A stretch of 64,000 bases of DNA from the NCBI GenBank assembly GCA_043228905.1, contig JBHGNT010000014.1, forward strand, positions 18,042,001 to 18,106,000, in the 5' to 3' direction. The notes beneath the pieces are model-generated. The model was not told where the DNA came from. It made no database searches and was given only the letters and a program-made list of their open reading frames with translations. The translations under genes and the position numbers were made by a program. Source of the DNA: Azolla caroliniana. Lineage: Eukaryota > Plantae > Polypodiophyta. Positions 14,995 to 28,068 of this stretch are shown one piece after another (positions within the stretch are counted from its first letter, which is position 1; each line of letters opens with the position of its first letter).

Positions 14995-15903
14995 TTAATG
15001 CAACGATTTCATGTCCACGCCTTCATCAAATCCTTTTGGGCCTAGGAGAACGTTAGCATCGATTTGCTTGTCAAATTTCCTTCTTCGTCGATCCTCATAT
15101 TCTTGAAAGCACTCCATCTTCAATAAAACATCAAACAGATTATTGATTTATCATAGATATGTGTAGGTATATACTTTGTGGCTTTTAAGTGCCCTCAAGA
15201 AAATGCAAGATTAAACTCTTAGCACAGATGATTTCAAGCTAAAAAAAACATGAACATTTTATTAGATAAGCTTGTGGACTTTTTAGGAGTGCTTGCTATT
15301 AGTGTGGATGATCTAAAACTAAAAAAACGAAGATTCATTTTAATCATCTGTAAAATTTGAACTCACAACCTTCATATTGTAAAAGAACAAGTTTTTTACT
15401 ACTAAATAGCATATATTTATTCAAATTTGATTGAATGTAATTGGTAGAATCTTTATGCAATCATTTGTTAATTTGGGGAAATGTTTAAAGTCTCTTATAT
15501 GCTTTAGCATGCAAAGAAGTCTTATTATGTTTTTTGAATTTTATATTAGAAGAAAAAACAAACACAAATCTTTAAAAACCACGCTTACATAAAACCAATA
15601 ACAATAACAAATTCATAGCATTACATTTCCATGAAAGAGAATAATGAACAATGGTTTACCTCTTGCAACTTCTCTACTGTAATTGAGTTTCCACGTACAG
15701 AAAGTGTTTGTAGAGACGTGCATTCCTTCAACAACATTGTAGGAAGCTGTGAAGAAAGAAATGTGGGTTATATATACTTGGCAATTCCATTTCTATTGTA
15801 ATGGCCTTCTCCTAGTGTTGTGTTTACCAAACAATACCTTCAAGCATCTTTGTCACACCATATATCATTTATTCTAACTACATGCCACATCAGTGCATTG
15901 AAA

Positions 15904-15958
<55 letters not shown>

Positions 15959-18900
15959 ATCAAGTTTGAAAATCATGTTTCGGTTGGCTGTATAATTTTT
16001 GGTATTCAGTTATGTAGCTCATTATACAGAACCGTAAACCTATTATTGATGGACATACATCTACACCATGCACAGCACAGACTGATAGGACAGTGACTTC
16101 TTCACATCAGTTAGAGATTGCGGGAGATGGATATGCACACATTCCTCTAGAAGAGAGAATTTGGCAATTGTGTCATTATTGTAATACTTTTTAATGAAAT
16201 AAGAGGGAGATACGATTTCCTCTTTAAGCAACACTTTGGCCCACTATGCAAAATAATGGAATATGAGGATCAACGGTGCCTGAGGCTTTTCTTGCTAGAA
16301 CTCAAGAGCCACTGAAAGAAGTTGTTGAAAGACAACGATGCAGCCACCCAAACTCATCAACAAAGAACAATCACAACATCACTCCTACTCATGCTACAAG
16401 TTGATCAAGGGCTACACAAATGGGCATGCAAAGGGGTTATAATAGATTAGGCAATAGCAATTTGTCATGCATGTAGGCCCCGGCCTTGTGGACCACCACC
16501 TCACCACACTTGCCATCTACATATAAAGGCCATTATCTCCCACCATCACTGGTGTTTCCCTCGCTTCAAAGACCTCTCCATTCTGGATCAACCTATGCTA
16601 GAGATCCTTTGAAGACAAAATTACAATATAGCTAACTTTAGAATCTTATACGTACAGATGATGAGATTCTTTAGTGACATCTTATTCTATTTTTATATAC
16701 TTTTTTACATTGTTATAGTTGTTTTGGTTTGTTGTTATCAAAGATAAGACAACATTTTATATAATCTCTTGTTTGGTCTTATAGTCCATTCTGGCCTCTT
16801 AAAAGACGTTAATATATCTTTCTTTCTTTCTCAAGTTTTTGGCTTGCTGGTTTGCACCATAGCATATAAATTATAAAATAGAGAGAACTCAAGATTCCAC
16901 CCATGGATCAGTCCCATCCCCATAGGTCACAATTTCATCTCTCGTGGAACATAACATTATATCTATCTAGCTATCTTAGACTCTTATTGACCTGGAGGTC
17001 TTGGAGACTAAAACAATTCCATACAATCACGTTATTTATTCATCCTTGCCGTTTCTATCCCGTGGATGTAAAAAAAGTAATCTTTCTTTCTTAACTCTGT
17101 TTTTCATAACAAATTGTCATATTAATAAATATATTGCTATGAGCACATCCTCTCATTTGAAAGACATTGAAATTCAAAGCTTGAAAATCAATTTATGAAA
17201 ATAAAATCCATAGTTTCATCCATGAAACACAATTACTAATGCTTGAATATGAGTCATTATGTAGCACTATGTCCAACCAATGTCACAAGAATCGCTTTGC
17301 AGTTTCCAAGGTTCCATGTGGAAATTTTGATTCAGACGTTGTAACACACAGAAAAACAAATAAATTTAATACATGTATGTCCATGAGTGCATGCATACAC
17401 GAACATATGTATCTATACATTATTACATGGGTTCCAAAAAGTGGATCTTGATATAGTAAATTTGTGAGCAATTTAGTGGGGTGACTGAAAGACCATCACA
17501 TCTCTCTGTAAACTAGATGGCCTGAAACACAAGTTGTTTCTTTTGTTGAGGATCCATGATTGTTATTAGTAATACTTTAGCAATAGACACGTTGTTGCTG
17601 AACTAACTAGTAATACACTAAATAATCTAAACTTGCACAAGTCATTTTATGACTAATTAAAGGTCAAGATTTTGGTAAATAATTTTAGATAAGGCGAAAG
17701 CAAATCCTGTGTAAAATGGGAATAACTTTGAAAAATACATTTATATGCAAGAGAAATGGCAAAATACCTGTTTCAACTTGTTATTGTCCAACCCCAAAGA
17801 TTTAATGCGTGTTAGATTGCACATTGTATGTGGGAGCTCCTCAATTAAATTATCTGTCATAATTACATGTCTAATAACAATTTATGCATTGAAAACAAAT
17901 GGCACCCAAATCAACACAATCAACATAGAAAGAAACAATAGGAGTGACTTTAAAAGAAATACATAGATAGATAGATAGATCAACTTCAAATAAAATTCTA
18001 TAATATATTTAAGATTTATGATAATACATATAAAACCTAAGCAGGCGAGGGTGATGCAAAAACTAACCGTTAGCAAGAAGCTCCTCCAATGAGAAACAGC
18101 TACCAATAGACACTGGAAGACTTGTTAGTCGATTATGACCAACATTCAAGAGTGTCAACTGTTTGTTTTGTTCATATGTTAGTTTCAAAAACAAATAAAA
18201 ACATTGTGATAATTATGTGTATATTCACACTTTCACAACAATGTGTCAGATGACTCAAGGTATTACCCACATTTCTTAGGCTTCCGATTGCAGTTGGTAA
18301 GGATGTCAAGGAATTCATAGACACTGACAGTCTTTCCAGTCGCACTAGAAGTCCCACTGAACAAAAATTGGTTAGCTGTACTGATCAGACAGTCCTTGTC
18401 ATTGTTGGGTGAAAACTTTAACCATAAATTAAGCATATAAATGGGCATCTCAATAATTTGAAAGAAGGAGACATGATCACAATCAATTCATTTACATTCG
18501 TCTGGTAAACTTGTAAGTCTATTTTCATCAATGGCAAGAACCTTCAGAGATTGAAGCTTGCCCAGGGTTGAAGGCAATCTCTGTAGTAAATTCTCCGAAG
18601 CCATCTGCAAAATCCACCATGATAAACCAACATAATTAAATTGAAGTAGAAGGCATTAGATGATGCATTATTAAAATTCCAACCCACAGTTAAAAGTTAT
18701 TTTCAAATAAAAAAATGGTTGAATAAATTTGCAATAATTCAATAAATAAGGAATAAACATGTCAAAATCAAAGTTTGGAATCATTACAATCAATGCTAAA
18801 GCTGAAAATATCAAGCAAGGATGTGCAACAGCTGTCTGGCTTTAAAACATTATTAGGACTACAAATGATCAGAAGCTATGTCAGCGAGGTGGATAGCAAT

Positions 18901-21900
18901 ACCTCAAAGATGTACATCCAACATTGCAACTTTCTCATCATCAGTCAATGCATGAATACAATGCATCACAATTCTCTAAATCCGCAATAAAACCATTCAC
19001 CCAGTTTATTGCAAAATAACCAACCTAGAGTTGGATAGTGTCATCTTTTCTTCATGGAAAAGAACATATTTAAAAAGCAATTGTAGAAACTTGCGATCTC
19101 CCATATATAGTATCTATAAGAATCCCCTATTCCCACCTTTCTTATCATCAGTCAATCCATGAAAAAAATGCATCACAATTCTCAAAATCTGCAATAAACG
19201 CTTTCACCCAGTTTACTGCAAAAAAATTAACCTAGAGTTGGACAGTGTCATCGTTTCTTCATGGTAATGAACACACTAAAAATAAAAATTCTGTAAAAAC
19301 TTGCAATCTCCCATATACAGCATCTACGAGAATCCCTCCTTCCCACCTTAACATGTCTCATTGAGCTAGAAAACATCTATATAGAATGGTAAATTCCTAA
19401 ATGATATGGAATATTCGACATCACTCCTGTTCTTCTCATTTCTCACTTATGTACAAGACACCAGCCAAGAGATTTCTCTAAATGTAGAGTCTAGACTATA
19501 ATTTCTACAAAATTAGTGTTTGGCAGTGTGGACACGTTACATATGACAGGAGATCTATTGAGGTAATAAGCACCTTAAAATATACGGGGAATTGAATTTG
19601 AGCTCCCAGAGATGGTTAATTGTGTCACAACATGGTTATGGATAGGCGTAGAGAGGCCAAAATCTTACAAATCTGGAAACAACTGAAACCAAAATAATAA
19701 TAAACTGAGCTGGAAATGAAGATGCAATCATTTTAAAGAACGTGTTTGTTAGGAAAATATTGCTTAACATGATAACATATCTCCCTCTACTAATAGAACA
19801 AGACAACTCCCAGCTATGTATAATTGGGGGTAGAAGATTAAATGAAATATATCTTCCAGGTATGGGGGATGGGGGGCTCTACTGAGTAAACAACACAGAA
19901 TAATAACAGATTTCCAGAAGTCATCAAAGCTGTAGTCAAAAAGTTTATGCACAGAGTTGTGCAGAGTCAATGAGAGGAAGCCATGTATGAAAAACAACTA
20001 TAAATGCAGTCACTGCACTCCCATTGGAAGCACCAAGTTTAGAAAACTATTGAAGATGCATAGAATGGAGTAGTAGTCTCTCGATGCAATAATGGCTTCT
20101 TCAGAAGCAATGTGTTATACCGCAATAAGTTTTCACTAATAGACTTACAAATGGTAACTCAAATTATACAAAAGTCGTGAATATAAACATTCATTCAGAT
20201 TGCTGACTGTTTGAATGGAAGGAAATTCATACCAAACGCTGCAAATTAGCAAGTCCACCAATTTCTACTGGCAATTCAACTGCATAGGAAAATTTAAAAA
20301 CCATTTAGTTTCACTTCCAAAAATCATTTAATTCCATTTAAATTTTCCTACTTTGGTAGCCTCAGGATTCCTTTTCAATCGTATTGTTATCATCTTAAAC
20401 TGTTTTGATTATGCTTGAAAAGGAAACAGCCCATAATTCCCATGATTCATTAAACCATTAGTTATGATGCGACCATAGCTATATTATCATGTTTAGTATA
20501 TGACAATTTAGATAATTATTTAGGCAAATTATTTTCATATTCTAGTAGAGATAAGCATGCCATATATTAATTAATCAATGTGGATGTTAAAATGTGCAAA
20601 CATATGTGACAATAAACAAATAAGTTCTTATTAAGCAGAACCTAATTGGTTTCAAATTTAGTAGTCTAGCATATCAGACACCACTAAATCGTATAGCTCT
20701 ACAGTTTTCACTTCTAGTTCATGAGAATTTAAGAAAAAATGATGACTGGCGTATGTGTTTTAACATTTCCTTGAATATAAAACATTGAAGCTTCTGTTCA
20801 GATCCTGATTAATGTAAGTGAATGTTGAGACTGTGCAAACATATGTGACACTAAACAAATATGTTCTTATTAGAAAAAATTAAATCGGTTTCATATTTAG
20901 AAGTCCAGCACATTAGACATCAGTAAATAGTATAGCTCTACAGTTCTCACTGCTAGTTCACCAGAATTTGAGAAAAATAAATAAAACAAGGGTATATGGC
21001 ATAATGTATGTGTTTTAACTTTTCCTTGAATATAAAACGTGGAAGCTTCTGTCTCCACCATTCAGTTTGCTATCTCATGTCCTAATGTATACATAACTTC
21101 TAGGACTTTTGCCTTGTAATTCTACTGTCAACAATAGGTCATAAATACATTTTTATTGTCACCACCGTCCATGTACTTTTGTTTTTTATATACTGCAAAC
21201 AAGCTATCACTCAAAATCAATGCGTGAAAATGACAGACATGCTAAGTGTCATTGTTAAGTAATGTTTCTACATCCAAAACTTTCCTCTATGCAAAAGGCT
21301 TACACAAGATCTAATTTCTTGGTGTCATTATTGCCATGGACGGCGGACGCATACCAAAAAAGAATGTGATCTAGATTACTAATCCTCAAGAAAATGATAT
21401 GGATTCCCTTTTTAAACTAAACATTCTCAGTAATTCTTCTACTGCATTATAAACATAATAAATGCCTGTAATATTTAGCTTATGAATTCAGGATTCTCCA
21501 CTTCAAGCCTCTCATCATTAAGACCATATGTGGACCTTGAAAACAAAAGACCATATGTGGATTGATTTCTTTTAACAAAGAATTATGCAATGCATTGACT
21601 TTATGACTCATAACCTTCTACTTATAACCTTTGGCATGTAAAAATGCTATGAAAACATGGTGAAAGCTAATGTGTTAGTAGTTTGCAACCTGATATCCTG
21701 AATAAACTTCTAATTAGGACGTCAGGACCTTTTCAAGGGACCCTAGTTCTAAAGGTCACCTTAAAATATCTAGAAACTGTTAGAAACATGTTTACAGTAA
21801 CTAAATGATTTGGGAACATTATTAACGGATAAGCATATCTCAGTAGAAATCCTCTTCATTATCTTTAACTTAAACATCCACAACTTTTCATAATCCAACC

Positions 21901-24900
21901 TTTTTCATATTGCACTAAGTTTTCATTAAGCTTGAGCAAAACATCAGAGAGAGAATGCAGTTGATAGACTGAAATTTCCCAACCTTGAATCTTCCATACA
22001 GGACATATGATAAAAGTCAATTACACAAGGCTTAAACAAAGGATCTTTGAATATACACGAAATGAGTGACTTACTGAGTTTATTATGTGTTACATCAAGT
22101 GTTCGAACACTTCTTGTGAGATCAAGAACTTCGCTCGGCAATGTCTGTGATTCACAAAGCGAGAATGAACTAAGAAATATCCAAAGAGAATGATGCAATA
22201 AAAGAACAATTTAAAGACTGATATCAGATCAAGTTTTAAATACTTTCACATGTGCGAAAGAGACCACTTTCCTCCTAAGTTTCACATTCAACTATGAGCT
22301 CTTGCAAGCAAGGAACCTCATTCATAACTAGGTGCCAGGGGAAGGGGGTATTTTCTCCAACATATGCAAAAGAGAAGATTTTGTCTCCTGTTCTCTACAA
22401 TATTAACTATTGTAAGATTTTTGGGGCAAGGCTTCATATACCTAGCTAGGTACAGCGAGTATATAAAGAACTTGGACAAGTTCTTCCGAGGATTTTGTTA
22501 CGATAGAGCAGAGAAGGTTACAAAGATATGTATTTGAGAGAAGAGGGGGAAACAATTACACAGTAACAGTAAGCAATAACTTGGGTTGAATAGACTAACC
22601 GGTGAAAGCCAACATGACTTACATGGTGAGGACTAGTTTATATACTAGAATATTCTTGCATGTTAGAAAAAGATTGATTGTCATCACAAACGTTTTCCAA
22701 CGAGTGTGTTGATATACAAGGATACTTATCAATATGGCCCTTCAAACCATAGTATCAACCATATGCACCATACGTGCATTCGCATTCGAGAATGGTTCAA
22801 TCATTCGGCTATGGTAAACACCTTTGAAGTATGGTAAATACCATAAATTTGTATTCAATATAAGAAAGTTAAGGTAAAAAGTGTAAAACAAACATAAGAA
22901 TGTTTTGATAACATACACATTCGTTTGCATTCGTATGAAAAAGAATGTTTGCAAATGCATTCGAGTATATTACGTACTATGCTTCAAACTTAGTCATGCT
23001 GTACAATCAGTTATATCGCCTGCTTGTTGTTCCTACACTACCTCTCATGCTCGTTAATCAACTGGAGTAGGCCAAGTACTTTCAAAAACTGTCCTAGCTT
23101 ATCCTCTCTATGTGCCTAGATGAATATATTCACTGTTTGATGATCAGTGCAGATATGTTGGAAATCCACATCTCTTGCTACAATCTGCTCACTGATATAG
23201 TGATAGTGCACCTTAATATGTTTGGTACAAGCATGAAAAATAGGATTTTGAGCCAATTGAATACTGCTGGGATTAACACAAAAGATCCACACAGATTCAA
23301 TATAGGCACTGAAATCCTTGAGTATCCCCACTTAGGCCATACTGCTCTATGCTGAATAGTGGTGCCACAGTAAGCTGCTTCTTGCTGGTCTAGGAGATGG
23401 TGCCACTACCTAGGGAAAATGCAAAGCTCAATATACACTTTTATTTGCTGAATTGCCAGCCCAATCAGTGTCCATAGAACCTTGTAAGCAGATTGAAAAT
23501 CCTGGTTCAGAAAATATATTGCGGTTAACATTCCTATGACATGCCACAAAATTCATGCAGGACAATCCAAATGTAGTTCATGCAGCATTGCATGAATTAA
23601 AATGCCAGTAATCCACATGTATTCTGTAAGATCACAGATCGTGAATCAGATACCACCTATGGATTCAAGTTGTGGTCTAGGAGAGTTGTAATCAGCTTCA
23701 TTCCCCCATCGCAAACTTAAACGTAAATTCAAAACACAATGTCTTCAGGAAAGAGAAATTCCACAAGGTATGCAGATAATCTTGATGCAAACGAAATAAT
23801 GAAGGTTCCCCAAATCTTTCATCTTGAATTTGCCGGCTAGTAGTGCTTTCACTTTCTTTACGATGGCCATGTGTTCCCCTCCTGTGAGTAGGTTTTCAGC
23901 ATACAAAAGTATGAAGGTGTACCACTGGAGTCATTGTGAACATAAAACGAGTTGTCTACTTTTAGACATGCAAACTCCTATCCTGCACAAATACTGTATG
24001 ACTTTTAAGCATCATGCCCACCAGTATCTCTGTCCTACCATGGAGTTATTTCTGCCCAGCCTTTCATTGGGGAGAACATTACCCATTTCCATATTCATTT
24101 GGATGGTGTTTGAGCACATTCTTACTCTTAGTTGACAATTTAAATTAACTTCTTTCACATCATTTGAGGCATTTTCAGAATTGAAGATGTTGAAGGAAAT
24201 CAGCAAACTCGCCATAGCAGCGATCAGCCAAACTTGTCAACATGAATGAGCCAGTTCCAACACGAATAGGCTTCCAATAGCAACACGATAGAAAACAGAC
24301 AGACTATGACTAACCTTCACCCTCACATTTTGATACCATTTAAAGAAGCTAGGCAAGTTGTGCGGAGGATCTTGTTACAATGCAGTGAAGAAGGTTAAAA
24401 AGATTTTTATGTGCTCTAATACCATGTAAAGGATCTTTTTACAACATATCAAAGACGGTTATAAAGATCGCATATGAAAAGGACCCCACTTTCCTTCATG
24501 TTACTTAACAATGATGAACATTATGAACTTCAAGAAAAGCCCTTTGTACAGATCTAGATGTGGTTCTGATCCCCCAATTATGTGTCTGCATACACACACA
24601 CACACACATAACTCCAAACCCTTGATGACACACATATATTAATCCTACACTCCTGACTTTATATATATTATTTGGAAAGACCAAATTATAACACATTTTA
24701 AGAATTTTCCCATGATAGAAAGTTGTAAAGCGCTAGCTTGTTTAAAGCGTAAATGAGTTGAATAGGTTTTTTTACATTTACAGATTTTCCCATCTTCTTT
24801 CATTGAGATAAGGAAGTTTGCAGAATACCATTGGTTTGCCTAGCATGGAAGTTTGAAGCATACCATTCATCTTTATGTAAAGTTCTTTTCATAGGCAAGA

Positions 24901-26023
24901 GTGCATGCACTTTACTTAGTGACTGTGTTGTATTTTATACCCACAAGTATTGGGTACCTAAAATAGACAAGGGTCTTGGAAGATCAGAAAAACTTCCTAT
25001 TTGTACTAGAGAAATTCCAGATTGGCCTATTCTAGATGTGTTGAGCTCACAACTTTTCAAGCCTAAGCTATTGTTTGACATAAATTCAATGATAAAGTTT
25101 ATAACGGCAAGTAAGCCTGTTACCACCTCATGGAAGATATCAATTCATGATTTTCGGGAACTTTTTCAATCACTTTGGTTCACAAGTTACTTGTATTGTT
25201 CACCCCGTCATCTTAGACACTTTCTCATGCAAGAAATAAACCTTCATGTTTCCTCCCCATGTGCAACATAGCTCTTAGAGATGAGGGTCCTCGTATCTAG
25301 CTAGGTGTGTGGACATTCTCCTGGATAGACATTCAAAGGGCAAGTTGATTTGTAACTAGCGGTGATGCAAAGAAGAATCTAAAACTGATCGTGTGTTGCG
25401 TTCAAATGTAGTGTATTCAATCTGTTTTATAGATGCCTAAACTTTTCCAGCTGTGTTTCCTATGTGGGATATCAATTGGAGCTCGCCTTCCATTCATACT
25501 GTTTTCCTTTATATTCAACAACACACGCTGCTTATTAAAATGATGCATATCACAACACATTGTCTTCAAATGAATTGCCTTTCTCATCAAAAGTATCAAG
25601 TTCTTTCTTCAAAAACATCATGTTTTTTTATCAGAAGGATCAAAATTTGACCAGAAAATGACCATTCATCTCTTCATAAGCATCATTTTCTCTTCAAAAT
25701 GACCAATTTACCATTGTTCATTTTTCTTTCATTTTTTATTCTATTTTCTCTTCAAAATGACCAATTTACCATTGTTCATTTTTCTTTCATTTTTTATTCT
25801 ATTTTCACTTCAAAAGAAGGATCGAATTTCTCTTCTTCTTCGTTCTGTGTCTTTCTTTTTTTGGTTTCCTTTTCCGTTTTGTGTTTTTTCTTCTTTTATG
25901 CATTGAAGATTAGGTTCCTCTTACCTTGAGGTTAGAGTCTCTCAATCCAACGATTCCGGTGGTCTTCCATTTGGCAGCTCTGTTGGCACGCGCGACCTGC
26001 TGTTTGCTCATGCAGCAACCCAT
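14995..26023 (-). CDS. Small LRR protein (LRRC57-like / plant intracellular LRR), 9 exons: 26023-25925, 22144-22075, 20279-20233, 18604-18496, 18356-18271, 18158-18068, 17853-17768, 15746-15660, 15117-14995; ~265 aa
   Basis: Starts MGCCMSKQQ...WKTTGIVGLRDSNLK, contains LxxLxxxxNxLxxLP repeats and ends FQEYEDRRRRKFDKQID...FDEGVD. All junctions GT-AG with consistent phases (798 nt). Confidence 0.9.
15960..16831 (+). mobile_element. 3' fragment of a non-LTR retrotransposon (LINE) in an LRR-gene intron
   Basis: TSSHQLEI...YAHIPLEERIWQLCH at ~16095-16180 resembles an ORF2 C-terminus. Starts after a (GT)n tract and ends in a (TCTT)n tail. Confidence 0.6.
18932..19350. repeat. ~208-bp tandem duplication in an intron
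   Basis: tcatcagtcaat...cccaccttt present twice (from ~18935 and ~19143) with modest divergence. Confidence 0.85.
20580..21050. repeat. ~240-bp diverged tandem duplication in an intron
   Basis: tgtgcaaacatatgtgaca...gaagcttctgt present twice. Confidence 0.8.
22460..24460 (-). mobile_element. Decayed, internally deleted Ty1/copia element in LRR-gene intron 1
   Basis: RNase H fragment LAQNPIFHACTKHIKVHYHY (23116-23331), MKDLGNLHYF-like RT remnant near 23800, PBS-like TGGTATCAAA near 24330, and LTR-like similarity between ~22465 and ~24345. Confidence 0.7.
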
Positions 26024-26206
26024 CCTGCAGAGAAAGAAGAAGAAGAAGAAGAGGAGGAAGAAAGTCAGAGCTTAAAGAAGAAGAAGGAGAAGACAAAAAG
26101 CTCTTAAAGTCATGTGGGTCTTCCTAAGCTATGGCATTTAGAGAGAGAGAGAAGAAGAAGAAGAAGAAGAAGAATCAAGCTCATTAAAGAAGAAGAAGAA
26201 GAAGAA

Positions 26207-26410
26207 GCCGATTTAGGCTGAACCGATTTAGGAACCGGTTTGGACAAACCGTTAATCCTTAACCGGTTTGACCCCACCCGGTTTGGTTCGTCTTGAACCT
26301 TACCGAACCGAGCTCAATCCGGGGGAGGAGGGTTTACGAAGCTCGTGCCTAACCGAGCCGGAACCGAACCGTCAAACTGTTTATAAAAAATAAACGGCTC
26401 GGTTTAGGCT
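26207..26410. repeat. Cluster of AACCG/CGGTT motifs (MITE/DNA-transposon subterminal-like) upstream of the LRR gene
   Basis: More than 10 aaccg/cggtt motifs in both orientations within 200 bp. No TIR/TSD resolved. Confidence 0.45.
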
Positions 26411-28068
26411 TTATTACCAAGCCGTTGCCAACTCCTTCTAAGTTTCTAAGGTTGCTCTTTGCTCCCTTGCCTAAACTATATGTATGCCTTAAGAAATAGG
26501 TAGAAAAAATTATCAATATTTAGCCCCAAAAGAAACTCAGACACCGGCTTGAATTTGTAGGTTAATTCATTCGTCTATTTGATATAACGACGTTGCTCTA
26601 ATTTGTTTTGGATCTCAATGAACTTAAGGATACATTTTCTTATTTGTTTTGTACGAAACATGTACCACACAATTCTTTTATCCAAAGCACATTCTCATAC
26701 GTGACCTATATATATATATATCATGTTCACACTTTATATATGCATTCACATAGAGGACCATGCATTAGGTAGAGGTAACGACAATTACAATAGGAAAAGT
26801 CGTAAAGTAGAACATTCCATACATCAAAACTTGCACATCATCTAGAAAAGGGGGGGGGGGGGGGGGGGGGATCGAGATCTCACAATTGATGTTGAAGAAA
26901 TTGGCATAAATATGTTGTGTGCGGACTTGCAAGGTCTTGATTAAATAAAAACACTATCTTTACCTGAATTTTAGTATACTTACATGAAAGGTGTTATTAT
27001 GATTATTCGCAGAAGCTAAAACAAAATACACAACTATAGTACATGGAAAATACTACTTGTGAATATTCGTGATCATTGAAAATATTTTTGTGATCGTTGA
27101 CATGGATCGCTTAAACTTGTGCATGACAAGTAATGTAAAGTTTAGAAAGCCATAACTTGATGAGGTTCTTCAATATGTACTCTAAAATCTATTCTGTACC
27201 TTTTCCTACCACTCCACTTTTATATGAGAGCAAACGTATCCGAGGCAAAGAAAAATAACACAACCATCTAGGTCTAATATTTAAATCCATTCACACATGG
27301 GGCCAAGAGATCCTAAGTTAAGAGACTATCTATCTTGTCCATATATACCAAGGTTGCTTGTGGCCACATCAGCTACAATCATAAATTGTCTCTGTATCAG
27401 CTTGTTAAGTTATAAGATTATTTACCTTTTCGTGATACCAAGGTTGCTTGTTACACTTGAACCTCACCATATTCGCTACAATCACCATTATCTCTCTGTC
27501 TCCCTCATCACAATTCATGTTTCATAAAACCACAAAGAAAACCTTGATCCTAGCCCTACTCAATTTCTACAAAGCTATGTGAACCAACCATTAAAACATG
27601 AATTCTATAAAGACATATTCACTATAACGACTAATTCTTCGCAAGGCTTGATGTAAGGTGAAAGGGCAAAGTGACTGCCAACTAACATCACATGTGAAGT
27701 AAGAGACATCTCTTTCAAAAAAGCATTATGCATAAATGTGTACAAAGCATATATACACACACAATAACATTGTGCAAACATATATATATCCAACACACCC
27801 TAAAATAATTCAAAAGAATCACTCAAAAGGATTTCATTGATTTAACTAGTTTAAAATGCCAAATATTTGCTTCATATTATTTACACAACAGGACCCAGAA
27901 CTAGAAACCATTTTCAATATATGAAACACCACAAGATGTTTGAATACCTCATATATTCTTTTTTCCCCCCAAACAACACGAGGGTGACTGTATCGTTTTT
28001 GTGTCCCCGAAACATAGATGACTACGAACAAGGCGGAAAAACAAATAGAAATAAAAAATTTTAAAAAC

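Noticed and set aside
26850-26870. 21-nt poly-G run as a regulatory G-quadruplex
   Set aside because: A simple homopolymer with no supporting context, and its length is unreliable in assemblies.
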